This document shows positions 48,201 to 57,156 of a stretch of 64,000 nucleotides of DNA, piece after piece; the stretch's first letter is position 1, and every line of letters begins with the position of its first letter. This DNA comes from an uncultured virus (IMG/VR IMGVR_UViG_3300048072_000060) (Duplodnaviria > Heunggongvirae > Uroviricota > Caudoviricetes). The stretch is from the IMG/VR virus record IMGVR_UViG_3300048072_000060; one strand, written 5' to 3'. A program made the translations under genes and the position numbers. The notes under the pieces are model-generated. The model did not search any database. It saw only the letters and a program-made list of their open reading frames with translations, and was not told where the DNA came from.

Positions 48201-48537
48201 CCCGCGCGACTGGGTAGACCGGCACATCGATGCGGCAATCTTGGAGTTGGCGAAGTTTGCCCGGCGTTTCCGTGAGGCTGAGGCGTTCGTGGCCGTGCAA
48301 GGCCGTAAGGCGCACAGCGAAGCCATCGCCGTTGTCATCGGCGCAGGCTCGGACACCAAGACGATATCGCGCTCGTTCGCGATTTCCGACCGTCATCGTC
48401 AAACGGTGGAGGCCAAGGCCCAAGAGATTGCTTCTATGCTGGAAGGTCAAGGTCTGGGGACGGACTTGTTGCTGGCGATCCTGGCGAAGGCCGGAATGAA
48501 GCTCGTATCCATCGACGAGGAGGCTGCCAATGGCTGA
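45202..48537 (+). CDS. sspC: Large ATPase, SspC-like
   Basis: ~1111 aa; Walker A GPFGGGKS, Walker B IIDEMGK, KVQGR, WPLHP, FGQNERS.F.FL. Confidence 0.85.
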   Translation: MTEKKQQALSDIVQISRQYQRSIRVDADIGRADALSGYICHATATAVIDGMCRQLTGTNQRCFTWTGPFGGGKSSLAVALASALHPDKSLRARAHQALHLDSKPAFEKAFPVEKGWLIVPAVGRRGSVVAELYAALRRAQGKSVDGRSKPNAQTLISDLVEEAKSRPYDGALVIIDEMGKFLEASALGSGDDVYFFQELAEAAARSEGRLVVVGVLHQSFAQYSVRLGIDTRDDWTKVQGRYVDLPFVAASDEVVELIGRAIEAKERPPWMHDASKAIAEAIRSRRPAVGHNFAAALEACWPLHPAMAALLGPISKRQFGQNERSTFGFLSSVEPHGFRSYLNTTFRSEASWYRPSDYWDYLRSNLEPAILASPDGHRWSQAVEAVERAEARTGDALLVSLIKNIAVIDLFRNGSGLAADTNVISALFYDTKPEELGAALRKLSDLKVALYKNYTGAWSVFEGSDFDIDAAIAKALAASPGIDYARLAQLMGLHPVVAKRHYHETGSMRWMELSLCSIEQAEKIATDFRPKKGEFGTFILALPSKGMSPRAARLRAQACSKLRPWPVMVGIPSNHARIAELSAELVALEQVKERHELSGDAVARREVYARLAATRADLEDQLQAAVSLAKWHAGTDEILEPGSKLSPVASELAEDLFSASPPVWSELVNRDSVSSNSVKARRDLLHAMINAEGQEALSFEGFPAERGLYETLLRSTDIHRKDASGAWRCLPPGDGFAEGFSKLWDATRALFSDANIRVGAHEIYALWSAPPFGMKLGIQPVILTAFLLAHKANIAVYKDGMFVPRLTDFDIDECLQDPDRFSLRWVAIDEDKNRILEGISRLLAEIGENVGASDPLEAARGLVAMVFNLPEWARRTARLGQTAKAMRDMLLKASDPHKVLFVDLASLLSAADGKAYVKALRAPLQELAGAYGKMLAEVEVKMLEALDASRDDLDALRERAKSVSGISGDLQLDGFATRLANFDGSRASLEGILSLAAERPPRDWVDRHIDAAILELAKFARRFREAEAFVAVQGRKAHSEAIAVVIGAGSDTKTISRSFAISDRHRQTVEAKAQEIASMLEGQGLGTDLLLAILAKAGMKLVSIDEEAANG

Positions 48538-49372
48538 ACGGCACGTATTGGGGATCTCCGGCGGCAAGGACAGCGCTGCGCTCGCTGTCTACATGCGTGA
48601 GCATCATCCCGAGCTCGACATCGAATACTTCTTTACCGACACCGGTGAAGAGCTTCCGGAGGTCTATGAGTTCCTCGGTAAGCTCGAAGGCCGGCTTGGC
48701 AAGACCATCTTGCGCTTGAACCCGGGCCGCGATTTCCGCTTTTGGCTGCGCCAATACAACCACTTCCTGCCCAACCCCAACACCCGCTGGTGCACTCGCA
48801 AGTTGAAGCTCGCCCCCTTTGAGTATTGGGTCAGACCGATGCTCGCCGCAGGCGATAAAGTCACATCCTATGTGGCCATCCGCGCTGACGAGGACTACCG
48901 CGAAGGCTATGCGGCCAAAGCCGACAACCTTTTCGTGAAGCTTCCATTCCGAGAGGCGGGTATCGACAAAGTCGGTGTAATCGACATCTTGGAGAACTCC
49001 GGAGTCGGCTACCCCAAGTATTACGAGTGGCGCTCGCGCAGCGGCTGCACGTTCTGCTTCTTCCAGCAGAAGATCGAGTGGGTCAGGCTGCGCCAGCAGC
49101 ACCCCGAGGCTTATGAGGCTGCCAAGGCGTTGGAGAAGGATGCATTGGAGCACGGCTCGCCATTCACCTGGTCAAAGGGAGAGTCACTCTATGACATGGA
49201 GCAGCCCGAGCGTGTGGCGGAGATTCAGACGGAATACGAGATCCGCCGCGCCCGCACGCGCAAGAGCATCCCCATCAATCCTCTGCGGCCTGTGAATGCC
49301 TGCCCCGAGGATATCGACGATGTCTACGGGGTAGATGAAGGCAATGGCTCTTGCGCCGTCTGCCACAAGTAG
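48530..49372 (+). CDS. sspD: PAPS reductase-family protein, SspD-like
   Basis: ISGGKDS, FTDTG.ELPE, RWCT, RSGCTFC, terminal C..C. Confidence 0.88.
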   Translation: MAERHVLGISGGKDSAALAVYMREHHPELDIEYFFTDTGEELPEVYEFLGKLEGRLGKTILRLNPGRDFRFWLRQYNHFLPNPNTRWCTRKLKLAPFEYWVRPMLAAGDKVTSYVAIRADEDYREGYAAKADNLFVKLPFREAGIDKVGVIDILENSGVGYPKYYEWRSRSGCTFCFFQQKIEWVRLRQQHPEAYEAAKALEKDALEHGSPFTWSKGESLYDMEQPERVAEIQTEYEIRRARTRKSIPINPLRPVNACPEDIDDVYGVDEGNGSCAVCHK

Positions 49373-49374
49373 AG

Positions 49375-51729
49375 CTATCGGAGCCAGGTATCCAACTTGT
49401 CAAAGACTCGCTGGCACAAATGTTCAGAGCGCCTCGCGATGAACGCCGCGTCCCAGTGAAGGCCGCACTGCCCTCTGAACGCGAGCGGCGCCAAATGGGG
49501 TAAATAATTTGAGGCGGCAACCAGGGTTGAAAGCGCCGGAGGCACGCTGCCGATTCCGAGCGACGCGGCAAGAGCGGTTCCCGTCGGCCCCGTGGCGGTG
49601 GAGCCAGGGGTGGTGAGGTTCCAGTAATAGAAGACTTTGTCGGGCCACTCGGAATAGATTGACGAGTTCACAGGGCCGGATAGCAGCGTCAAATTCCCCA
49701 GCTTATCCACGACAGAGTAATTTCCAGGGTAGATGGTGGTGTCGAAGTGGGACGCGAACTTTATCGACGATGGTTGATCTCGGGTCGCGACGTGCTCGAT
49801 TACCTCGTAACTGGTCATGTGCCACACGCGGCAATTCAACAGGTCGGCCGAGTTTGCCATCCCATTGGTAAAGAGCCCCTCGTTGCCGGGCGTGAGGTCG
49901 GGCGCTGCGTCATGGGCGGAAGCGAACAGCGCAAACCGGCAAACCGCCTTTCTGGAATACCAGGGACTTTCCTTGGCCAAGTCCACCCAGATCTGACGGG
50001 CTGCAACTGGATTGGCCGCGTCATAGATCTTCTGGTTCTCCAAGGCTTGCCGGAATGCCGTTTTGACGAACGTGGCCGTCTGATTCGTGGTTCCATTGGC
50101 GAAAGAGATGTTCCCGATGGACGACTGAAACAAGGCGCGGTAGTCAGAGTCTGGGAAGCGGCTTTGCTGCGCTCCCATGTAGAGAGTGAAGAAAGCTGCC
50201 GTCGCCTCGCATACGACCACGAATTCTGCCGCAGTCGCCGTCTTGGCTACTGCATTGGTCTGCGCGCGGAGCAGCTTGGAATAGAAAACGCTCAGCACGG
50301 CATGGGCGAACTGATGCCCAGCGTCTTTCAGATAGAACACGCACAGCGCTGCTCGATCAGCTTGCTGGGGTGTCAGGCCCATAGTTTGAAGGTGGGTGCT
50401 TAGGCCAAAGGTGTTCGAGTTTTTCGGCGATCTACGCGGCTTTATGAAACTCAGAAAATAGTCGGCTTGATCCGCGATGCAGGTGACAAAATCGATCGAT
50501 TTTTGAGTCGGGATGCCAGTCGACAGAGAGCCTTCAAGCGTGTCCGTTAGCCAGTCGCGTTCTTCGCTGAATCGCCGGCTTCGCTCCATTCCGTTGAAGA
50601 CTAAGGCCGAGGATACGATCACCTTGTCCGTGAGCTCCTCCTTGTCAGACGAATTGCTCTCGGTCTCAAACACCTTCTCAATGCGGTCGACCTGCGGCTT
50701 GATCGCCGTGGAGTAGCCCGCTCCCCAGGCTTTGACGATTTGCGGCTTGAACACTTCGAACGCGGTCAGCGGAGTGCCAGTGGCATTTAGCGACTGGAAC
50801 ATGTCGAAGGCCAACCCTAAATCCAGACACTCGATTACAACTAGGTGACATGAGTTCTTCAAGAAAGAGCAGACGGCCAAGAGCAACATGCCGCCGCAGT
50901 AGAGCGCCTGTTCGTCAGACTGAAGAGCATGGATGTTCGTCCAATTGGGCGGATAAGCCATGAAGTTGGACAGGCTTCCATCAGTGACGCCGTTCGCCGA
51001 CAGCAGCCCAGTCGCAAGGCCGGCATCTGCTGCGTTGATTTCCTCGGAGATCTTCTCTTTGAAAACCTCCAGCACCGATTTCACGCGCTCGTCGGTCAAG
51101 ATCGCGTCTATCGCGATTCCGGCGATGAATTTTGAGAGGAAGCTTGATGTGTTCGAGCGGTAGAAGTGGTTGATGTCACCGTTTAGCGTCCATTGGTCAG
51201 ACACAGGGTTCGCGGATACATCGCCAGCCCTAATGATCTTCGGCTTCAACGCGGGCTGTGCCCCGGTTTTCGTGATCTCGACCGAAAAGAAGCGTCGAAT
51301 GTTGGGGATCTCATCGGTCAGCTCGGTCGCGAGAGTATCGAACTCAGCAGCCAAACCAGCAAGAGTCTTGAGCTTAGGGACCATCTGAGAGATCTGCTCA
51401 CCGATAACACAAGCGAGCATTGCGATTGACGTGATCCGCTGCTGTCCATCGACGACATTTGCCACCTTCGTCAACAAGTTCGGGGTGTCCGAATGAACGC
51501 CCGTTACGACATTCTTCTCGTCATGAAGAATGACCGTGCCCAGGAAAATGCTGTTGTTAGGCTTGGTAAGGGTGCGCTTGATGCTCGAAAAAATGTCTTC
51601 AATGAGTTTCCTGGCGTTCTCCTCATCCCATGAGTAGTTGCGCTGGTAGTAAGGAATATAGAAGCCTCGGCCTCCTTGTGAAAAGAAGTCATGAAGACTA
51701 GCAGCGTCGTGTTTGAATGGTTGCGCCAT
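49375..51729 (-). CDS. sspE: DUF262/DUF1524 protein, SspE-like PT-sensing nuclease
   Basis: 784 aa; IPYYQRNYSW, VDGQQRIT, FQSLNATG.PLT, C-terminal IEHV...LGNLTLL...NS. Confidence 0.82.
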   Translation of the reverse strand: MAQPFKHDAASLHDFFSQGGRGFYIPYYQRNYSWDEENARKLIEDIFSSIKRTLTKPNNSIFLGTVILHDEKNVVTGVHSDTPNLLTKVANVVDGQQRITSIAMLACVIGEQISQMVPKLKTLAGLAAEFDTLATELTDEIPNIRRFFSVEITKTGAQPALKPKIIRAGDVSANPVSDQWTLNGDINHFYRSNTSSFLSKFIAGIAIDAILTDERVKSVLEVFKEKISEEINAADAGLATGLLSANGVTDGSLSNFMAYPPNWTNIHALQSDEQALYCGGMLLLAVCSFLKNSCHLVVIECLDLGLAFDMFQSLNATGTPLTAFEVFKPQIVKAWGAGYSTAIKPQVDRIEKVFETESNSSDKEELTDKVIVSSALVFNGMERSRRFSEERDWLTDTLEGSLSTGIPTQKSIDFVTCIADQADYFLSFIKPRRSPKNSNTFGLSTHLQTMGLTPQQADRAALCVFYLKDAGHQFAHAVLSVFYSKLLRAQTNAVAKTATAAEFVVVCEATAAFFTLYMGAQQSRFPDSDYRALFQSSIGNISFANGTTNQTATFVKTAFRQALENQKIYDAANPVAARQIWVDLAKESPWYSRKAVCRFALFASAHDAAPDLTPGNEGLFTNGMANSADLLNCRVWHMTSYEVIEHVATRDQPSSIKFASHFDTTIYPGNYSVVDKLGNLTLLSGPVNSSIYSEWPDKVFYYWNLTTPGSTATGPTGTALAASLGIGSVPPALSTLVAASNYLPHLAPLAFRGQCGLHWDAAFIARRSEHLCQRVFDKLDTWLR

Positions 51730-51744
51730 ATGAGGCTCCCGGGA

Positions 51745-54700
51745 TTACGAGTGTGAGTTGTCGGATCGGATGGCGACTACAGCCGCCTCGATATCTTGGT
51801 CGGACAAGAATGGGGCCTGCGCGAAGACCAAGCCCTGCTCGCCGTTGAGCTTTGCGGCTAGGTGGCCTCGGCCCAACAACAGCTCAGCACCGGGCCGGTC
51901 GAGCGCAATCTTCGAAGTGGCCTCGCTGGAGACCTTCAAGATGAGTCGGTTGCCCAAGTTTTCGCGAAGCTGCATCGGCATCACATCCTTGTCAGGACGC
52001 TGCGCCGCAAAGATCAGATGGATGCCAGCCGCACGAGCCTTTACGCCAAGACGTTGCACTGCGGCTCCCACCGCCGCCTTGTAGGCATCATCGAGCATCC
52101 AGTCGGCGAACTCGTCGTGAACCAGAAACACCATCGGTAGCCGTTCTTCGGCCAAGACCTTAGCGTTGTAGGTCGGCAGGTCCCGCGTCCGGGCCTTTGC
52201 AAAGGCCCGGTAGCGGTCCTCCATTTCCTGGACCAGCGTTTCGAGCACCTCTTCGGACTTCTCCTTGGTGGTGACGATCTCGTCGCGCATGTGCGGCAAG
52301 TCAGCCAAGGGCGCGTAGTCCACACCCATTTTCGGGTCGATCAAGATGATCTGCGCAAGATTCTTCGGATTTGTCGCGGCGATGTCCAAGATCAGCGCCT
52401 GGATCAACACCGATTTGCCACTGCCAGTCGCGCCGGCCACCAAGGAATGCGGCTCATGTGATGAGAGCCCGCCGAACTCCGTGCCAAAATTTAGGTAAAG
52501 CAATGCGCCGTTGATTTCTTGTAGCCCCAAGAGGAAAGAGGTGTTAATGCCGGCGACATTGCGATTGAGCTCGCGGCGCGACCAGAGCTCCCACAGAGAC
52601 ACGGCCTGGCGTTTGGCTCCTGCGACCGTCACCACAATCTCGCCGGGCTTAGGCTGGACCGTGACGAGGTTAATCGCGTGCGTAGTCAGAAGCTGAGTGC
52701 GCTTGTTCTCGATGTCCTCGACGCGCAGTCGGTCCGAACCGGCTAGGCGCACGAGGCAGCCATTGGGGGTCAAGCGCGTGCCAAGAATGGCCGCTTGCAA
52801 ACCGTAACTGTTGAGGGCGGCTTTGAGCTTCTTGGTTACATCTTGGGCCCACTCTTCGCGTTCGGAGTCAGCTTGCGTGCCGCCTGGAAATTTCGACGCG
52901 ACCAACTCGGAGAGCGCAGCGCCCAGAGTGGCTGCCGGCAAGGGAGAAGGACTCGAGGCCGAAGTTGCGTCGGCCAGGGAGGCTTGGACCGGACTCTTCG
53001 CCGGAACCTCAGGCTCGGGGGCCTGGGCGCTGGGTTGAATCGGAACCTGCGCTTCCGCAGCCGCCGCAAGCTCTTCCAAGACCGCTTCGCCAGCTCCGTC
53101 GGCGAGTTGAACGATTGCGGCGAGCCATGGCACGCGAGGGGCAGGCTTTCTAAAGCCATGCCCGTCCCAGGGCTGGAGAGAGCCGAGCCCTGCTCGAGCG
53201 TTAAGCGTACCTGCACCCTTAGCGTAGGCCTCGGCGAGTCTTCGCAGATCGGGCCGATCAAAGACCTCTTGCCAAGCTTTCACACCATTGGCCTCTTCCA
53301 ACAGTTCCTGGTCGGAGGCGGATGTCGAACCTGCGTCAGAGGTGTGGACGTAGACATGCGAGTAGCCGCGTAGCGAGATTTCCACATCGCCCTCTCGCAG
53401 TTTCGAGCGAGCGCGCTCCATCAGACCCGTCATGCCCGGAGGAATGTCGGCATCAATGAGCATATCGGCCAGTCGGGCCAGCCAGACATCGCGATCGAGG
53501 CGACCGGGGTCGCCAAAGAGCGCTTCGCGGAACATACCAAGCGTTGCCAAGAGCTGATCCTTAGAGTCGCGACGCGCCTTGGCCAGGCCATCGGCGCCGA
53601 CGTATTTCGACTCGACGATCGAGATGACGATGCGGATGCCTTCTTCCTGTTCATCGACATTGAGAGCGAGGATGTCGGCGATACGACTCTCCGGCTGCGA
53701 GAGCCAGCTCGCGTAGTCGTCGAGCAGGAAGTAGGCCGTCAACACCTGGCGCCCGCCCGCTGCGGCATTGAACTCCTCGGCGAGCAAGTGGCGGCTGAGT
53801 ACCAGTCCGATCATTTCGCCCGCTGATACCCCCCGTTTGGCCGCCCGCAGAACGATATCGCCGGAGACCGAGAGCGCGTCGCGCTTAGCCTTGTCGGCGA
53901 CCGCTTGGATCTCTGTTGCATCAAGCTGCAAATTCAGCTCGTTTAGGCGGCGGCGCACCAGCACGCCTAGCAGTCGTAGCTCGGAGGTCGAGCTTACGAT
54001 CATGTTGCGGCCGTTGGTCGAGCCTCGGCGGTAGCGAACGACTGTGATGCCGTTGTGCTGGAGCTGGCGCTTGTCGAGCAGCTCGTCATAGGTGGCGACC
54101 CATTCAGCCAAGTCGTGCGCGTCCTTGATCATGCCGGCCAGATCAGGGCTTTGCAGAGAGATGCGTCGGGCGGGCAGGAATCGCTCCTCTGGCAAGGCGT
54201 CAGTTTGGCGGCAAACGGCCGCGACAGCCGACACGTAAGCCCAGCCCGAGGCTGTTTGCCACGGGCAAGTAAGGAACGTGGTGGATTTGAGCTCGTTCTC
54301 ACCCGAGACGCTGCGATAGGAGCAGCGGGAAGGAGCGTGCTCCAAGTTGGGCCGGTCGTTGGTCCAAGAGACCGGGAGCCATTCGGACTGGGCAGCTCGG
54401 GCGACCACATCGTGTAGAAAGGCTACATCGAAGGCCTTGAACCCCTGAGCGCTCTCGCCTGGCGTAGCCGAGATCGGTGTCACTGAGATCCGCAGCTTCG
54501 AGATGAAGTTATCGCTGGTCTCGCTGACCACGGGCAGGTCGGGGTCGTCGCCGGCCTTGTTGACTAGCTCACCGTAGACGCTTCGAAGTTTGGCCGGGTC
54601 GGCGTGGCGAACCGACACGCTGCATTGCAGCTTGCCGTCCTCTTGGATCGACGAGAGCTCGCGCACTGTTGCCAGCGGCAGCTCGGCTGCATCGGCGTTG

Positions 54701-57156
54701 TAGAGTACGACGCTGAGGTTGGATGCCTCGTGAGGCTGCAGCCCCACGTAGCGCTCCAAGAGCTCGCGCGCCTGCTTTGCGGCGGCGGCTGGATCGACGT
54801 CGGTCATGGCAGCCTCAGTCCCGCGAGTAGGCGACTCCAAAAGGCTGTAGCCGTTGACTGTGCTGCTCTCGGAAACCAGCGTGGGCGTGGCGGCCCTATT
54901 CAGGACAGCGATCTCCGGATAAAACGGGTGGGCGATTTCATCGGAGAGCTCGCGCATGAAAATCTCGCGATCACCATAGAGGATGTTGCCGCTCGAGAGT
55001 AAATGAGTGGCAAATCCCGCCACACGGCGGGATTTCACGGCCAGAGCCTTCATCCGCTCCGGATGCCAGGGCGGGATGATCAACGCTGGGTTGTCGCCCG
55101 CCACGCGGGCGGTGCCCACCGAAAGAATCTCAGAGACCAAACGCGAGCGGCACACATCCCCGCGGGCATGTGCCATCAAGGTGGTCAACAACGCTCCAAA
55201 AGACTCGGCTTGGCGCATGATGGCCTCGCCATGCAGCCCCGTGGAGACGAAATCCTCCATCGCCTTGATGTAGTCCTCTTCGAACTTATCCCAAGCCGAC
55301 CTGACTTCGTCCCGCTGAAAGGCGGTAAGACGGCCCTCATCCGCGAGCTCTTTGATCCGGGTCTTGATCTCGTGGCGCAGGCTTCGCAGCTTGTTGGCCG
55401 CCGGCACCAACGAACCTGCGTCGGTTGAGTAAGTTGCCTCCAAGGTGCCCGTGTCGAGTAGCGAGACGTTTTGCACACCTCCCTTTTTGCTCACGAGTCG
55501 GCGCGGGACTTCCGTGCAACCCACGGCGCCCTTCTCCAACAGCCGGCGCATGTCGGCGACCATCGACAAGCCGATCGACGTCGGCTTGTAGCTCCACAGG
55601 AGCTGTGTCTTCGCCAAGACCGACTCCTTGCCCTTAGTGACCTGCATCAAGGCCACGTCGAATTTTATTTGTAAAGCCAAACGAGAGAGCGATGAGCTCG
55701 GCCGGACCTTGTTCTTCTTGTCGTTACGAAGCTCCTTCTCCTTAGCGAAGAAAGCCTCGTAGTCGAAGAGCGGGTCCGGTAAGCTGGCGTTGCCTAGCCG
55801 CTCGACCTTCCAGTCGGCCTTGGAGCCCATGAGCTCCTTCAAACCGCGATACATTGCAGAGAAGTAGCTGCCGGCGTCGTAGTTGAAGCGCTCGCGCCAC
55901 TCCTTGCGACCCTTGGCCACGGTGAAACGCAAGATGCGCTCGCCCTCCGCGTCTCGAAGACCAGCATGAAGACTGTTGACCACACGAGCGAAGCCATCGA
56001 AAAAGTCGTTGCACTCGATGGGCTTGCCATAGAGGGCTTTCTCCCAGCGTGCGCAGAGCTTGGCGTCCTGCTCGAGAAACCGACGGTGCTTGACGAAGAA
56101 CTCCTCGTCTTCTTCGTTAAAATCAGAGCGGCGCTCGCGCGACTTCAAGTCCTCCAAGAGCTTGCGGCCCTCTGCGTCGAGAGAATTCTCTTGGTCGCAG
56201 TCGTGATCAAAGAAGCGGACTGTTGCTTCGGCCAACCCGAGTTGCTTCTCCTTGGGCTTATCAAAAGCCAAGTAGACGCCATCGCTCTCCCACTCGAACT
56301 GAGCAAGCGCGGACGAAGCCTCTTGGTCTCCCGCAGGCGCTTCGGTGAATGCTTCCAAGGCAAGCCGCGCGCCCTCAGCGATTTCGGTCGCGTTGGCAGC
56401 GATGCGCTCGGTGAGTTCCTCGGGATCAAGCGGCTGTCCGTTCTGGCGCAGCTTCTTAAGCAGCGGCGCGCGCTGGATGAAGAGCTTGCCGAAGGCCTTC
56501 TGCCAAGGCTTGCGAGAGGCGGTGAAGGTCTTGGCGTTGGAGAAGAAGAAGCTGTCGCGAGGCAAGCCGGCTCGAGGCATCGCGAAACCAACGGCATCCC
56601 GGATGGGGAGCCCACGGGTGGAGATGGCCTCCACAATGTCTGAGCAGAACTCGCCGAGCTGCACGAGCGAAAGCTCTGAGGAGGCCAGCAAGCCGCCCAA
56701 GGCCGCGCTGAAGACCGCGTGGTCGTCAGGCACCGGCGAGAGGCCACCCGAATGCAAGGCGGCCTCTACCCACAAATCGGGGTCCGCCCGCATCTCCTTG
56801 GCACCGATAGCCATTACGTGTCCCAGCGTGTCGGCCAGGTTTTGCTCGTTGCCGTTAGCAGTGAGGATCGACGCCTTGGAGGTGACGGCGTTGTTGCGTA
56901 CGTAGCCGGCGTTGTGGGAGATCAGGATCTCCGCCGGTAGGCCTTGGCCCTCGACCAGAGCCTCTGGAATCATTAGATCCACGCGGGTGAGCAGGTCCGG
57001 ATTGGCGAGGATTGCCCGCGCCACAGCCGCGATCTGGTTGGGCGAGAGCTTGTCGAGGCGAAACAGGGCAGCGGATTCGCCCGGCTGGGCAGGGTTGTAA
57101 ACGCGTTTTGCGAGGATGTCCGCACCAACGCGCCCAATTATGCGGCCGGTCAGCAT
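51745..57156 (-). CDS. sspH: Large FtsK/HerA-type ATPase, SspH-like
   Basis: ~1803 aa from ATG 57156; C-terminal HSLVAGATGSGKS, IDPK, DEFAD, ARAAGIHL..AAQRP, GAELLLGRG. Confidence 0.82.
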   Translation of the reverse strand: MLTGRIIGRVGADILAKRVYNPAQPGESAALFRLDKLSPNQIAAVARAILANPDLLTRVDLMIPEALVEGQGLPAEILISHNAGYVRNNAVTSKASILTANGNEQNLADTLGHVMAIGAKEMRADPDLWVEAALHSGGLSPVPDDHAVFSAALGGLLASSELSLVQLGEFCSDIVEAISTRGLPIRDAVGFAMPRAGLPRDSFFFSNAKTFTASRKPWQKAFGKLFIQRAPLLKKLRQNGQPLDPEELTERIAANATEIAEGARLALEAFTEAPAGDQEASSALAQFEWESDGVYLAFDKPKEKQLGLAEATVRFFDHDCDQENSLDAEGRKLLEDLKSRERRSDFNEEDEEFFVKHRRFLEQDAKLCARWEKALYGKPIECNDFFDGFARVVNSLHAGLRDAEGERILRFTVAKGRKEWRERFNYDAGSYFSAMYRGLKELMGSKADWKVERLGNASLPDPLFDYEAFFAKEKELRNDKKNKVRPSSSLSRLALQIKFDVALMQVTKGKESVLAKTQLLWSYKPTSIGLSMVADMRRLLEKGAVGCTEVPRRLVSKKGGVQNVSLLDTGTLEATYSTDAGSLVPAANKLRSLRHEIKTRIKELADEGRLTAFQRDEVRSAWDKFEEDYIKAMEDFVSTGLHGEAIMRQAESFGALLTTLMAHARGDVCRSRLVSEILSVGTARVAGDNPALIIPPWHPERMKALAVKSRRVAGFATHLLSSGNILYGDREIFMRELSDEIAHPFYPEIAVLNRAATPTLVSESSTVNGYSLLESPTRGTEAAMTDVDPAAAAKQARELLERYVGLQPHEASNLSVVLYNADAAELPLATVRELSSIQEDGKLQCSVSVRHADPAKLRSVYGELVNKAGDDPDLPVVSETSDNFISKLRISVTPISATPGESAQGFKAFDVAFLHDVVARAAQSEWLPVSWTNDRPNLEHAPSRCSYRSVSGENELKSTTFLTCPWQTASGWAYVSAVAAVCRQTDALPEERFLPARRISLQSPDLAGMIKDAHDLAEWVATYDELLDKRQLQHNGITVVRYRRGSTNGRNMIVSSTSELRLLGVLVRRRLNELNLQLDATEIQAVADKAKRDALSVSGDIVLRAAKRGVSAGEMIGLVLSRHLLAEEFNAAAGGRQVLTAYFLLDDYASWLSQPESRIADILALNVDEQEEGIRIVISIVESKYVGADGLAKARRDSKDQLLATLGMFREALFGDPGRLDRDVWLARLADMLIDADIPPGMTGLMERARSKLREGDVEISLRGYSHVYVHTSDAGSTSASDQELLEEANGVKAWQEVFDRPDLRRLAEAYAKGAGTLNARAGLGSLQPWDGHGFRKPAPRVPWLAAIVQLADGAGEAVLEELAAAAEAQVPIQPSAQAPEPEVPAKSPVQASLADATSASSPSPLPAATLGAALSELVASKFPGGTQADSEREEWAQDVTKKLKAALNSYGLQAAILGTRLTPNGCLVRLAGSDRLRVEDIENKRTQLLTTHAINLVTVQPKPGEIVVTVAGAKRQAVSLWELWSRRELNRNVAGINTSFLLGLQEINGALLYLNFGTEFGGLSSHEPHSLVAGATGSGKSVLIQALILDIAATNPKNLAQIILIDPKMGVDYAPLADLPHMRDEIVTTKEKSEEVLETLVQEMEDRYRAFAKARTRDLPTYNAKVLAEERLPMVFLVHDEFADWMLDDAYKAAVGAAVQRLGVKARAAGIHLIFAAQRPDKDVMPMQLRENLGNRLILKVSSEATSKIALDRPGAELLLGRGHLAAKLNGEQGLVFAQAPFLSDQDIEAAVVAIRSDNSHS

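Noticed and set aside
44286..49372. BREX type 4 (DUF4007, ATPase, PAPS reductase)
   Set aside because: No PglZ or BrxL; adjacent SspE- and SspFGH-like genes favour Ssp
55910..55920. CCCTTGGCCAC matching the tRNA-Phe 3' end (possible attR)
   Set aside because: Only 11 bp, inside the intact sspH-like reading frame; plausible by chance in GC-rich DNA
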